64,000 bases of DNA from a plasmid. The stretch lies in the sequence record NZ_CP044066.1, one strand, 5' to 3'. Under the pieces are notes generated by a model. The model saw only the letters and a list, made by a program, of their open reading frames with translations, was not told where the DNA came from and did no database searches. Every line of letters starts with the position of its first letter. The first letter of the stretch is position 1. The position numbers and the translations under genes were made by a program. Of this stretch, positions 49,122 to 59,585 are shown in pieces.

Positions 49122-50378
49122 ATGAAACGTTTGGTTCTCTGCGCGCTGGCCTTGGCTGCTGCCATAGCAGTCTCGTCCGGGTGTTCCGATAGCAATGCGG
49201 CCAGCCCCACCTATGACAGCGCGCTCGACAGCGCCTCCAGAGCACAACAACCGGCCCTTATGCAGATGCTGGAGCAGTTGGTCAATATCGAAACCGGTAC
49301 AGGCGACCCCGTTGGCATGCCGCAAATGGCTGACTATCTCGCCCAGCAGTTGGCGGGACTCGGCGCGACGGTCAGTCGCCAGCAGGCTGCTGCCGGTGTC
49401 GTCGGCGAGAACATCGTTGGACGGCTCAAGGGCACGGGCTCGGTCAGAATCCTGATGATCGCGCATATGGACACGGTATACCCGCGCGGCTATCTCGCGA
49501 AGGCACCGTTTCGCGTTGACGGCAATCGCGCCTACGGACCAGGCATCGCGGACGACAAAGGCGGCATCGCGGTTATCCTCAATTCGCTCGCTATTCTCAA
49601 GGCGCGCGGCTTCAGCGAGTATGGCGAGATCGTCGTCATGTTCAACACCGACGAAGAGAAGGGCTCCTTCGGTTCGCGCGATCTCATTCAACAGCTGGCG
49701 GCCGGGGCCGACTATGTCATTTCGCATGAGCCCAGCGGCGAAACGGAAGGCATCGGCCTGGCCACCTCGGGTATTGCTTACGTCGAAGCCAAAATCACGG
49801 GCAAGGCGGCCCACGCCGGCGTCGCCCCAGAACTCGGTGTCAACGCGCTGACGGAAGCGGCCGATCTGATTCTGCGCACGCAGGACATCGACGACAAAGC
49901 CAAGGAGATGCGCTTCAACTGGACGCTGGCCAAGGCGGGCAGCGCATCGAATGCGATTCCTGATTCCGCTACACTGAACGCCGACGTCCGCTATGGACGG
50001 AACGAAGACCTCGACGCAATCCAGTCAATGCTTTCCGAGCGGGCGCAACGCAAGCGCCTAGCGGCTGCCACGGTGGAGGTCAGCATCACGCCCGGACGTC
50101 CGGCATTCAACGCCAACGATGGCGGCAAGTTCCTCGCCAGCAAGGCGGCAGCCATCTATCAGGAGCTGGGCTATACGCTGACCGTATCCGATACCCGCAC
50201 CGGTGGCGGCACGGACGCCGCTTACGCAGCGCTCTCAGGAAAACCAGTCGTCGAGAGCATGGGACTGCCCGGCTTCGGTTATCACACCTCGTCGGCGGAA
50301 TACGTGCTGATCGATGCGATCCCGCGTCGCCTTTATCTGAGCACGCGCATGCTGATGGACCTCAGCCGCGGCCGCTGA
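49122..50378 (+). CDS. M20-family metallopeptidase (carboxypeptidase G2-like), predicted lipoprotein
   Basis: ATG at 49122 after GAGGAG. Signal plus lipobox 'MKRLVLCALALAAAIAVSSGCS'. 'RILMIAHMDTVYP', 'GIADDKGG' and 'NTDEEKGSFGS' are M20 metal-binding motifs. Confidence 0.85.
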   Translation: MKRLVLCALALAAAIAVSSGCSDSNAASPTYDSALDSASRAQQPALMQMLEQLVNIETGTGDPVGMPQMADYLAQQLAGLGATVSRQQAAAGVVGENIVGRLKGTGSVRILMIAHMDTVYPRGYLAKAPFRVDGNRAYGPGIADDKGGIAVILNSLAILKARGFSEYGEIVVMFNTDEEKGSFGSRDLIQQLAAGADYVISHEPSGETEGIGLATSGIAYVEAKITGKAAHAGVAPELGVNALTEAADLILRTQDIDDKAKEMRFNWTLAKAGSASNAIPDSATLNADVRYGRNEDLDAIQSMLSERAQRKRLAAATVEVSITPGRPAFNANDGGKFLASKAAAIYQELGYTLTVSDTRTGGGTDAAYAALSGKPVVESMGLPGFGYHTSSAEYVLIDAIPRRLYLSTRMLMDLSRGR

Positions 50379-51404
50379 GTATGGAGCTGCCCCATTTAAC
50401 GGATAGCTACCAGATACAGGCAATGGGCGCAATCAAGGGGTTCCAAAAGGCCAGAAATAGGGGCACTGATGCCAACTCGTGGTTACATATACCTACCCGT
50501 GTTTCGCGGGCTTTCCGGCGAGGTCCTGCAGCGCTCGGCGTAGTGCGACCGTGGTGACCTTGTTGAGTCCCTTTTCATGAATCAGGGCCCGTTCGCTCGC
50601 CCACGGGTACCAAAGCTCTTTTTGGCTACGATCATTCCCGCGCTATACCAATCGACCATCAGTATCCGATCGCAAGAGCTGACGGGTCGCCTTGGCGAAT
50701 GGACGAGCGCATCGAGGCGGCCCGATACTCAATGCGCAACCAAAAATGCCTCTTAAAGCATTTTTATACTCGTTTAAGAGGCCAGAAGCTCACAAAGCAC
50801 AAACTTGACTGATCCGGAGAATTTCCTAATGTGAAAATCCGACCGCACCGCGTCCGCTGCGTCTGTTTCGCTGCCCTATGCAGCCCCTAGACTCCCGCTG
50901 ACATGAACATCGTTCTGCTTCGCAATCAAAGCCGCGCGCTGATTTTGCCTGCTGGCAAGGATCTATTAGCGTGCCCGCCGGTGGTGCGCTATTGGTTAGG
51001 CCAACCGTACTCCGAATGCGTGACCGAACTTACCCCGGACACTCCGATGCCGGGGATTTTTCCACCGCTAGTACTCGCAGAAGTCTTGCAGAAGGGATAT
51101 TGCGCGCTCGATATCTACGGTGTGGTGCGTGCCTTCAAGGAAGCACCGATGGTCGAGGCGAGGGAGCAGGACGCTAGGGATCTGCTGCGACGCGAGAAAC
51201 CTTAGCCGGAACCCGCTGATAGTCCTGTCAGGCCACGCCCGCAGCTAGGTATGCGCCAGGCCCATCGACGGGCGAAGGCTCAGGCGAGTTGCACAACCTG
51301 ATCGGCATCGCACTCGCCTAACGAGACGACTAACAGTCCGAATAATCCGTTGGATGCCGCCAGGGGCCCTCCGGGCAAACGCGAACCGTCATCCTGCCGG
51401 CTGA

Positions 51405-51689
51405 TCAGCTAAGCTTACGCTGCGGTGGCAAGAGGCCAAATCTGGCCAGCGCCCTAACGTTGGTCTCGACGTACGTGACCATGCCATCGATCTTTATCGC
51501 TAGGTAATGATCGAAGCAGGCTGCGTCTTGCGAGACGGCCACGGTCTCCGCGGCATCGAATGCCGCCAACAGCTTCTCGCGCTCAACGTGCCCTCCCAAC
51601 CAGCCAAACATGCGGATGAACGTGTGAACCTTTGGCCTGCGCGGGATGAGCTTCTCTGCCTCGTCGGCAGTGATAAAAATCTGAGACAT
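51405..51689 (-). CDS. Hypothetical protein (94 aa)
   Basis: ORF with ATG and a weak RBS. No recognisable family. Confidence 0.25.
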   Translation of the reverse strand: MSQIFITADEAEKLIPRRPKVHTFIRMFGWLGGHVEREKLLAAFDAAETVAVSQDAACFDHYLAIKIDGMVTYVETNVRALARFGLLPPQRKLS

Positions 51690-52199
51690 GATGATGAGCC
51701 TTGAACAGGGCGGCGCCTGTGTAGTTATCGGCGTGAAAGCGACTCAAGTCAGCCCATCCGAAGTGGGATGAAGGGATGGTGGAATGTTGCCGCGGCCTCT
51801 GTTACCTCGGAATTGAGCTTGACGACGCCCTTGAGATGGCGGAGCAGACTGAAGCGTGACAAACCGCCGGCCGGCGCGCGTGCGCGCTACGATCTGCTAA
51901 TCATGCCCAACACGCCGATAAGCGCACCCCGCATCGACGAAGGAGAAACCCTAATCGATGGCGACCGCTAGGAAACGAGAGCGGCTCTCCTGAGTCTGGC
52001 CAGCGCTTGGAGCGCCACGGAGCTCTCGGCGCTTACTTGCCCGCCCGTTGCGTCGTGTGGCTTCCTGTCGGAGGGCAAATCATCGCGTCTTCCGCGCGCG
52101 ACGAGTGACTTTTCTGGATATTTGCATCTCGCTCTGACTTCGCTATCTCATTCCGGGCTCAAAGTTGCAGGGTTGTCGTCCTCGCCATGGAAGCGGGGC

Positions 52200-52412
52200 G
52201 TGGTGAGCTCGGAAAGCTCGCTTGTCAGCCTTGCCGAAACGAAAATTGACGAAGGCCCGCACCTTTGGCAGGGGATGGCGGGTTGCCGGCCACAAAAGAG
52301 ACAGCGAACCACCTTGATTGAAGTTACCTGAGAGAAGCTCGACAAGCGATCCCTGAGCGATATGGAGCCGCACGGCAAAATCCGGAACGCATGCAATGCC
52401 GTGACCGCGCAT
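52200..52412 (-). pseudogene. LysR-family regulator C-terminal fragment
   Basis: 'GIACVPDFAVRLHIAQGSLVELL...LSLLWPATRHPLPKVRAFVNF' is the typical C-terminal end of LysR regulators. No N-terminal HTH is present upstream. It is truncated at the IS66 fragment. Confidence 0.45.
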
Positions 52413-52560
52413 CGCGCTGGCGAGCCACCATCGATACGGTCTTGCCCGGCTCCAGGCTCTCTCGAACCCTCGCCGCCTTTTCCTCCGCCGACCACCGCCG
52501 CCGACGCTCCGGCCCCGTCAATACTTCCATCACTTCCTGCTTGCTATTAGGTCTAAACAC
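52324..52560 (-). pseudogene. IS66-family TnpA (accessory protein) fragment, frameshifted
   Basis: 'MEVLTGPERRRRWSAEEKAARVRESLEPGKTVSMVARQ' matches the IS66 OrfA/TnpA N-terminus, then diverges. No TnpB or TnpC follow. Confidence 0.6.
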
Positions 52561-52761
52561 AGTCGTATGCCTACCCGCTATTTTAAGGTAGAGACCATGT
52601 CCGGCGATTCAGGGGCTGATCCAGTCGGCTGGCTGATGGAGGGGAAATAGTGGCATACGAACTGAGGCGAGCTTCCCCGTGTGCTGCGTTGCCGTCTTAG
52701 TGTCAACGCCAATCGAATGTTGCATGAATATGGCGGACGAAAATTGCATGGCCGAGTCGGG

Positions 52762-53589
52762 TCACGTCATAGATCTCGTTCGTCGGGCGCGACGATCTGA
52801 ATCTGGAGGGTCCAATAGGTCGTCGCGCAGCGCACGAAGATGCTCGGCGTGTTCACGCATGCGATAGCTGTTGCCGCGGATGTTCACCAAATGGCAGTGA
52901 TGAAGGACTCGATCAATGAGCGCCGCTGCCATGACTTCGTCTCCGAACACAGAGCCCCATTCTTCGAATCCTTTGTTCGACGTCAGCACTGTCGATGCTC
53001 GCTCGTAACGCCGGTTCATGAGCTGGAAGAAGAGGACTGCACCCGCGTGAGTGATAGGTAGATAGCCGATCTCGTCGACAACCAGAACTGCAGGGTGGGA
53101 GAGCACGGCGAGTCGGCGCATTAGCTGGCCGGCAGCTTGAGCCTCTTCGAGAGACGCGATCAGATCGATCAGTGTGCCGTAGTACACGCGGCGACCGCGC
53201 TGCGCGGCGGCGATGGCAAGGCTGATCGCGAGATGGCTCTTGCCTACGCCTGGAGGGCCGAGGAGGACAACGTTCTCCTTGCGTTCTACGAAACCAAGCT
53301 CATGCAGGCTCTCGATCTGCTCGCGCTTGATTGAGGGCTGGAAGGCGAAATCGAAGCCCTCCAGCGTCTTTATTGCAGGTAGCCGGGAAGAACGCATTGC
53401 TGCCTGAAGCCGGCGATTGTTACGTAGCGTGATCTGAGCGCCGAGCAGGCGTTGGATAGCTTCCGAGGCAGTGAGCTGGCCACCATCGACTTCGCTGAGA
53501 ATCTGATCCGCCGCTTCCAGCGCGCCGGGCATCTTGAGGTCTGCCAGCATGCTCCGAATTGATTCCCGCGGGGAGCGTGCATTGTTCAT
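52762..53589 (-). CDS. istB: IS21-family helper ATPase IstB
   Basis: 'VVLLGPPGVGKSHLAISLAIAAAQRGRRVYY' (Walker A) and 'LVVDEIGYLP' (Walker B) in an IstB-like 275-aa protein. Confidence 0.9.
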   Translation of the reverse strand: MNNARSPRESIRSMLADLKMPGALEAADQILSEVDGGQLTASEAIQRLLGAQITLRNNRRLQAAMRSSRLPAIKTLEGFDFAFQPSIKREQIESLHELGFVERKENVVLLGPPGVGKSHLAISLAIAAAQRGRRVYYGTLIDLIASLEEAQAAGQLMRRLAVLSHPAVLVVDEIGYLPITHAGAVLFFQLMNRRYERASTVLTSNKGFEEWGSVFGDEVMAAALIDRVLHHCHLVNIRGNSYRMREHAEHLRALRDDLLDPPDSDRRARRTRSMT

Positions 53590-54647
53590 CGAAAGCCTCC
53601 CGTCAGATTGCGATAAACACTCAGCGGGCGACGCTCTACTTGCGGCAAAGACGGCGGCAGCTTGGCGCGTCCCGTGTCCGGTATGGCGACAACACTGCGA
53701 TACGCCGTTCGCGCCAACGGCTGCAGCGTGGCAAGTTCACCTCGCAGAAATCGAGCGTCTGGCGCCTCTCCCGTGGTCCGATGAATACGTCGATTGGCCT
53801 TCTGGGTGACCCATGACATCGCTTGTGTGTTCAGGTCGGCATCATTGAGGAACGATCGGCCATAGAAGAAGCTCTGGCGAACGTAGCCAATCGGTCGTTC
53901 GACCTTGCCCTTCGTCTGAGCGCGGTACGGACGACATGCACGGATGCGGAAGCCCCAGTGTCCGGCGAAGCGCGCGAACTCTGCGTTCTCGAGCACCTTC
54001 CCGCCATTGGGACGTTGGTCTTCCACCACCACGGCCTTCATCTGGTCGAACAACAGCTCGACAGGCACACCGCCGAAAAAGGCGAATGCCTGCTCCAGGC
54101 CGCGCATCAGAACCTCCATGCTCTGACGCGGATAGAACTGCAGCCAAAGGCGGCGCGAGTAGCTCAGCACGACGAGCAAGGCGTAGCGCCGACCCCACGG
54201 CAAGCGGAATTCGGCGAAGTCGACTTGAGCCTGGCGGCCTGCGGGCGTCTCGAAGCGCACGACCGGCTCCGGCACTGCGCCAGGACGAGCCTTGCGCACG
54301 AACTCCTTGACCTGCGTATAGCCCCCCTCGTAGCCGGCCGCGCGGATCTCCTCGAACAAGCGCGTGGCGCTCAGCCTTGGATACTCCGCCAGTCTCGCTG
54401 TGATGATGCCGCCGAAGCGATCGATCTTGTGCGACACCTGCGGCCGCGGGCTGTAGCGCACGGGGGCATGATCCTGGCCTCGATCTAGCTCGCCGGAATC
54501 GATCCAGTAGTAAAGCGTGCGAAGGCTCACGCCCAGTTGCCGGGCGATCTCAGCCTTGGGCAGCCCTTGCTCCAGGTAGTGACGCAATAGCACGCGTTGT
54601 TCCCTCCCGTACATGGCCGGCTCCACACTCTCTCGTGAAGCTTCCAC
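53586..54647 (-). CDS. istA: IS21-family transposase IstA
   Basis: N-terminal HTH 'GLPKAEIARQLGVSLRTLYYWI'. DDE/integrase core 'VDFAEFRLPWGRRYALLVVLSYSRRLWLQFYPRQSMEV...LFDQMKAVV'. Confidence 0.85.
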   Translation of the reverse strand: MEASRESVEPAMYGREQRVLLRHYLEQGLPKAEIARQLGVSLRTLYYWIDSGELDRGQDHAPVRYSPRPQVSHKIDRFGGIITARLAEYPRLSATRLFEEIRAAGYEGGYTQVKEFVRKARPGAVPEPVVRFETPAGRQAQVDFAEFRLPWGRRYALLVVLSYSRRLWLQFYPRQSMEVLMRGLEQAFAFFGGVPVELLFDQMKAVVVEDQRPNGGKVLENAEFARFAGHWGFRIRACRPYRAQTKGKVERPIGYVRQSFFYGRSFLNDADLNTQAMSWVTQKANRRIHRTTGEAPDARFLRGELATLQPLARTAYRSVVAIPDTGRAKLPPSLPQVERRPLSVYRNLTGGFR

Positions 54648-55252
54648 CTTGCACGACCGTGCAAAATTCGTCCGCCAATACCATGCAATTTACGTCCGCC
54701 ACCCACACTTAGCCGGTAGAAGCGCGATAATTACTCGCTCAATCAGCACTCGTAGCCGCGAGCTGTGGATATTCGGGGCGACGCCGGTGGTCCGCTGAAA
54801 GACCCCAAAACAGCTTGCGCCAGCTAGTGCCTCCGCCACTAGCAGAAGGGTTCAACCGTCACCTTAAACCTTGAGTGTTCCGCAATAAACGCCGTGCCAG
54901 CACGTGCCTGTATTGCTCCCAGATCGGTCATCACGCTTCCCGTGCGGGCCACAGAATCAGGCGTTCGCGAGCAGCTAGCATCAAGTGGCAGCAGACTGCC
55001 GTAGAGAAATAGCCGGTCTGCCACGACTCCCTACCCATTACCCTTTTAGGGGGCGCCTACTTATCGGCGCCGCAGCCCGATCTTTACCGCGATTTACCTC
55101 ATTTAACTTCTGTCGAATCACATAAAAGTATATCGTAAGGCACTACGTGCACCTCACGTGTGAACCCCCGGCACCCGTTATCTAAGGCGAGAGCGATGCG
55201 CGGAGATGAGACCAGGGCGCCCGCTTACTGTCGATTGGAGACGAGTCTTGCC

Positions 55253-55654
55253 ATGAGCGCATTCTACGTGTTCGACAATTGTCAGCTTATCCCCGCGCGT
55301 CAACTTCTGCTTCGCGCCGGCCAGCCAGTTAAAGTTGGAGGGCGCGCATTCTCGATCCTCCTAGCACTGGTGCAACGACCGGGAGAGATCGTTAGCGCCG
55401 CTTACCTGCTCCAAGAAGTTTGGCAAGCGACGGTGGTCGAACCAAGCAATCTGAAGGTGCATGTTGCCGCCCTGCGACGTGCTCTAGGTGACCAGAACAA
55501 CGAGCCGCGGCTGATCTCGACCATAGTGGGACGCGGATATCGGTTCATTGCGCCCGTCGTCCAGTACGAAGTACCCGCCAGTTTTCAACAGGCCACCTCC
55601 AGCGTGCGACCAAGAATCGTGGACCCCATCACCATGTTTGAAATTTCGATATAG
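55253..55654 (+). CDS. Stand-alone OmpR/PhoB-type winged-helix DNA-binding domain protein (possibly a truncated ToxR/CadC- or SARP-like regulator)
   Basis: 'FDNCQLIPARQLLLRAGQPVKVGGRAFSILLALVQRPGEIVSAAYLLQEVWQATVVEPSNLKVHVAALRRAL...RLISTIVGRGYRF' is a trans_reg_C domain. The protein ends about 30 aa later with no further domain. Confidence 0.6.
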   Translation: MSAFYVFDNCQLIPARQLLLRAGQPVKVGGRAFSILLALVQRPGEIVSAAYLLQEVWQATVVEPSNLKVHVAALRRALGDQNNEPRLISTIVGRGYRFIAPVVQYEVPASFQQATSSVRPRIVDPITMFEISI

Positions 55655-56182
55655 GGATGTATGTCCGGGCAGCAACTTTAAGTCAGGACTGCGACTCTGC
55701 TCAGCGCAAACCTCTCAGGGCATGACACTCGGCCAGTGAGATTGTGCAGCCTACCTTCACCCTCGTCGCTGAAGGTCGCCCCTCGCCTCCCCCAGATTAC
55801 CACTGAGCGCCAGGCACGAAGAGTCTCTGCGAGAAACACTGAATTCAAGAGATTTATAAGTAACTTATGGCATGTCGGATTTTTGGGCGCGGATGCGCTT
55901 ATGCCGTAGTCGCAGATTGAACCGACGCAAGTGAGCACCATTCTCATCGAACGCATGCGTGTTTGCTCAACAGTGCGGATCGACCAATATTATTAGGGTT
56001 ACAAGAGGAATCGCCTGCGCGCTTCACCGCTTCAGTTCCGCGTTTATTGGCAGCGACTCGCCCCTCGAACAGGGCGGTGATCTTTAGTGCGCTAGAATCG
56101 CGCGCAGGCGACCCAGATTGGACGCCACCGACCTCGCTGAACGCGGCAGGACGGTACATATCTATAACCTCGGGTACGGTCC

Positions 56183-58177
56183 ATGTCTTGCCACTTTCCC
56201 CCTGGCGCTTGCGCTCGCCACTTCGCCTTATTCCCCGCCACCCACCGCAAACGCCGGTTGCTTGCGAAGCTCCAAAGGCACCGCACGATACTCTGGGTGC
56301 TATTGGCGTTGCTACTCACCTACGTGCTGTCCGGCTGCGGCAATGACGATGCGGGGCTTCAGTCCCCCTCCGGGCTGACCTACAGCATGACCTCGTCTAC
56401 CTATCAGGTCGGCGCTGCGATTGTGGCGAATCGCCCAACCGCAAGTGGTGGCGCAGTCGACCACTATACGATCACGCCCGCACTGCCAGCCGGCCTCTTG
56501 ATCGATCCGGTCACCGGCGTCATCAGCGGCACACCCATTATCGCGAGTGTGCCGACCGTCTATATGGTCACGGCGCACAACGCGACCGGCAGCGCCACCG
56601 CACGCGTAGAGATCGAAGTGCGCAGCATCGCAGCCGTTCCGGCGACGCTGACCTATCGCGAAGCGACAGTCACCTACTCGATCGGCGTCGCCATCACCGC
56701 CAACACACCCACGAGTAGCGGTGGCCCGATCACGTCCTACAGCGTCACGCCGGCGCTTCCGGCCGGTCTTTCGCTTGACCCCCAGTCCGGCGTAATCACC
56801 GGCACGCCAACCGCTATCACGCCGGAGGCGATCTACACTGTAACCGGAAGCAACGCGGCAGGAAGCACCACGGCACAGCTGCAGATTACTGTGCAGGCCA
56901 GCGTCCTCGCCCCCACCGGCCTGACGTTTTCCACGCTGTCTGCCCTCTACGTCACGACCGAACCGATTACGCCGAACGCGCCCATGGCGACTGGCGGCCC
57001 GATTGCCACATTCAGCGTCTCACCAGCGCTACCTTCCGGCCTGAGCCTCAACGCGACTACGGGGGTCATTAGCGGTACGCCTGCGGCAGTCCAATCGTCG
57101 GTTGTCTACACCATTACCGGCAGTAACGCTGCCGGCAGCGTGCAGGCACAGGTGCGAATCACTGTGACCTCGCGGGGCACCTGGAGCACAGCCGCGCCAC
57201 TCCTTGTGCCTGTGCATTACTTCACAGCCACCCGCCTGAACGACGGCCGCGTGCTGGTCGCTGGCGGATTTGGCGCCAGTGGCATTACCGCCCGGGCGGA
57301 ACTCTTTGACCCCGCAACCAATACCTGGCAGCTTACCGGCACAATGCAATCCGCGCGCAGTGGGCACACAGCGACGCTGCTGCCCGACGGCCGCGTGCTG
57401 GTTGCGGGCGGTGAGGCCACCTTTCCGGTGGCCATCGACAGCGCCGAAACCTACGATCCGGCTACCGGCGTCTGGACGCCGGCTGGCAACATGAGCGAGG
57501 CGCGAGAGAACCATACCGCCACGCTGCTGCAAAACGGCAAGGTGCTAGTCGCAGGCGGCTTTGCTCTGAGCGGCAGCGTGACCTTTCGAAACAGCATGGA
57601 CCTTTTCGATCCAGCCACCAATGCGTGGACGCCGATGACAACGGCATTGGCTGTCCCACGCGGACAGCATGCGGCGGGCCTCCTGCCGGATGGCAACGTT
57701 TTGCTGATGGGTGGAGTGAACGGACTCGGCTTTATTGCAAATGCCGAGCGAGTCGCAGTCGACGATAGCGGTACGACGACCGAGGCATTCCCTATATCTG
57801 GCAACGTGACCGTAGCAACTCGACTTGCCGATGGGACCTTCCTTGCCTCGACCGACGGCTCTATCAATGCCCAGCGCTACACACCGTCCGCATCCACCTG
57901 GACTACCAGCACGATGCTATTACAACGGTCGATACCAACGATCACAACGCTCGCAGACGGGCGCGTACTTGTAGCGGGCGGCACCACGGCCGGTGGCATT
58001 CGTACAACGTCGACCGAAATCTACAACCCCGATACCAATACTTGGACCGTCGGCGCCCCAATGGCTACCGGCCGGAACGCGGCCCAAGCTGTACTGCTTG
58101 CCGACGGCACCGTGCTTATGATCAGCGGATTCAGCGGCAGTGGCGAAGTGCCCACCGTCGAGCGCTTCCAGCCTTAG
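56183..58177 (+). CDS. Predicted lipoprotein with three tandem Ig-like (He_PIG / putative Ig) domains and a C-terminal Kelch-type beta-propeller
   Basis: Signal plus lipobox '...RKRRLLAKLQRHRTILWVLLALLLTYVLSGCG'. Three ~90-aa repeats 'LTY...Y.VG.AI.AN.PT.SGG.I..Y.VTPALPAGL.LD..TGVI.GTP...VYTVT..NA.GS..A...I.V' occupy 56369-57173. Then come six or seven 'DGRVLVAGG...' Kelch blades. Confidence 0.75.
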   Translation: MSCHFPPGACARHFALFPATHRKRRLLAKLQRHRTILWVLLALLLTYVLSGCGNDDAGLQSPSGLTYSMTSSTYQVGAAIVANRPTASGGAVDHYTITPALPAGLLIDPVTGVISGTPIIASVPTVYMVTAHNATGSATARVEIEVRSIAAVPATLTYREATVTYSIGVAITANTPTSSGGPITSYSVTPALPAGLSLDPQSGVITGTPTAITPEAIYTVTGSNAAGSTTAQLQITVQASVLAPTGLTFSTLSALYVTTEPITPNAPMATGGPIATFSVSPALPSGLSLNATTGVISGTPAAVQSSVVYTITGSNAAGSVQAQVRITVTSRGTWSTAAPLLVPVHYFTATRLNDGRVLVAGGFGASGITARAELFDPATNTWQLTGTMQSARSGHTATLLPDGRVLVAGGEATFPVAIDSAETYDPATGVWTPAGNMSEARENHTATLLQNGKVLVAGGFALSGSVTFRNSMDLFDPATNAWTPMTTALAVPRGQHAAGLLPDGNVLLMGGVNGLGFIANAERVAVDDSGTTTEAFPISGNVTVATRLADGTFLASTDGSINAQRYTPSASTWTTSTMLLQRSIPTITTLADGRVLVAGGTTAGGIRTTSTEIYNPDTNTWTVGAPMATGRNAAQAVLLADGTVLMISGFSGSGEVPTVERFQP

Positions 58178-58932
58178 TTGGAGTATCGAGAGTCCAGTGC
58201 TGGCGAGGGCAGCGTGCTTACGCTGTCCCCGCCACTAGGTATTCGGATTTGGTCGCTCCTCGGTTATGCAGGGTGCCGCACGCCTGTGCGTTCATTGCAG
58301 TGCGATCCGGAAGTTACGCCTGCAAATCCAACTCGACTTTCGCAGCCGATAACAACGGGCGCTATGTGAAGATTCGGTTGATGACGAAGCAAAGTGTGCC
58401 TGTTCCCCGCTGCAGTCGGCAATCTGCCTGTTCCCAATGGACGGCGGCGAAGGGTCCGCGTCTGCGAATGGCCGCCACTTTGCGAAGTTCTCCTGGCAAA
58501 CGGTCGCTTGCCGGCCAAAAGCGGCGGAAAGACGTTTTGGCGTAACGCCGCAACAGTACCGCCCCAACTCTCGGCCCCCGAATGAAGGCGACAAGGACTG
58601 AGGTGTCTGTTGAGTGTTGGCCAAACTATCAGCTCGCTCATGAGACCGCGGAACTCCCACGCGCCGCGCTGCCGGTTTTGGGAGGGGTCGTCCGCCTGAT
58701 CTACACCTTGTGTGTTGATAGGTGCGACGAGAGGTATGCCCGTACCAGCATACGATGATCGACGGCATATCGGAGACTCGTTGCGCAACTGATTCTTGGC
58801 ATCGGAGTCGGCGGTATGCAGAGGTCGCTGTTCGCAAGGCACACGCGAGCGTCCGATTCTGTACGATATGTCGGATTCAGACGTGCCGCCCTACGCTCCA
58901 ATTTGTTCGCCCGATGATAAGCTGTTGCGACC

Positions 58933-59562
58933 ATGTCCGTCATCGATATCCCCGACAGCGCTCTTGCTCGTGCCGCGACCCAACTGATCCGCGATACCGA
59001 AAGCGAGATGCTGTTTGCTCACTCGGTGCGCGTCTACCTCTGGGGCGCCATGATCGGCCGGCGCCGCGCGCAGAGCTTCGATCTCGAGATGCTTTACATC
59101 GCGGCGATGTTCCATGACATCGGTCTCACCGACCAATATCGCGACAGCGAGTTGCGCTTCGAAGTCGATGGTGCTCACGCAGCACGCGATTTCCTGCGTA
59201 GCCATGGCATCGCGGAAGCGGACGTCGAGCGGGTATGGCTGGCCATCGCGCTTCACACCACGCCCGGCATTCCCGAGCATCTGCATCCCGAAATCGCACT
59301 TGTGCAGGCCGGCGCTGGCATGGATGTGGCAGGGCGCGGCTACGACGACTTCACCGATGCGCAGCGCAATGCAGTAGTGTCTGCTTACCCGCGAGGCGAC
59401 GGCTTCGGCGCGCGCATGATCGATGCGTTTTACGCAGGCATGGCGCACCGTCCGGCGAGCACCTTCGGCACGTTCAACGACGACTTCCTGGCGCACAAGG
59501 ATTCCGGCTTCCAGCGCGTCGATCTGTGTCGCATCATCCTGAGTTCCCGCTGGGAGACCTGA
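58933..59562 (+). CDS. HD-domain metal-dependent phosphohydrolase
   Basis: 'HSVRVYLWGAMIG...LYIAAMFHDIGL' shows the H...HD motif of HD domains. Confidence 0.75.
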   Translation: MSVIDIPDSALARAATQLIRDTESEMLFAHSVRVYLWGAMIGRRRAQSFDLEMLYIAAMFHDIGLTDQYRDSELRFEVDGAHAARDFLRSHGIAEADVERVWLAIALHTTPGIPEHLHPEIALVQAGAGMDVAGRGYDDFTDAQRNAVVSAYPRGDGFGARMIDAFYAGMAHRPASTFGTFNDDFLAHKDSGFQRVDLCRIILSSRWET

Positions 59563-59585
59563 TCCCCTGAGGTGAGCCTTCTCGC

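Larger units (their letters stand above)
52705..54718 (-). mobile_element. IS21-family insertion sequence (istA + istB). Boundaries are approximate.
   Basis: istA (53586-54647) and istB (52762-53589) overlap by 4 nt. Both ends carry repeated 'ggcggacg(a/t)aa(a/t)ttgcatgg' motifs in inverted orientation (about 52726-52752 and about 54680-54715), typical of multi-repeat IS21 termini. Confidence 0.7.

Noticed and set aside
49107-49814. 235-aa minus-strand ORF inside the M20 peptidase gene
   Set aside because: It is antisense to a strongly supported gene.
58264-58842. 192-aa minus-strand ORF between the Kelch lipoprotein and HD-domain genes
   Set aside because: It has Arg/Gly-rich low complexity and no start context. 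It is likely non-coding intergenic DNA.
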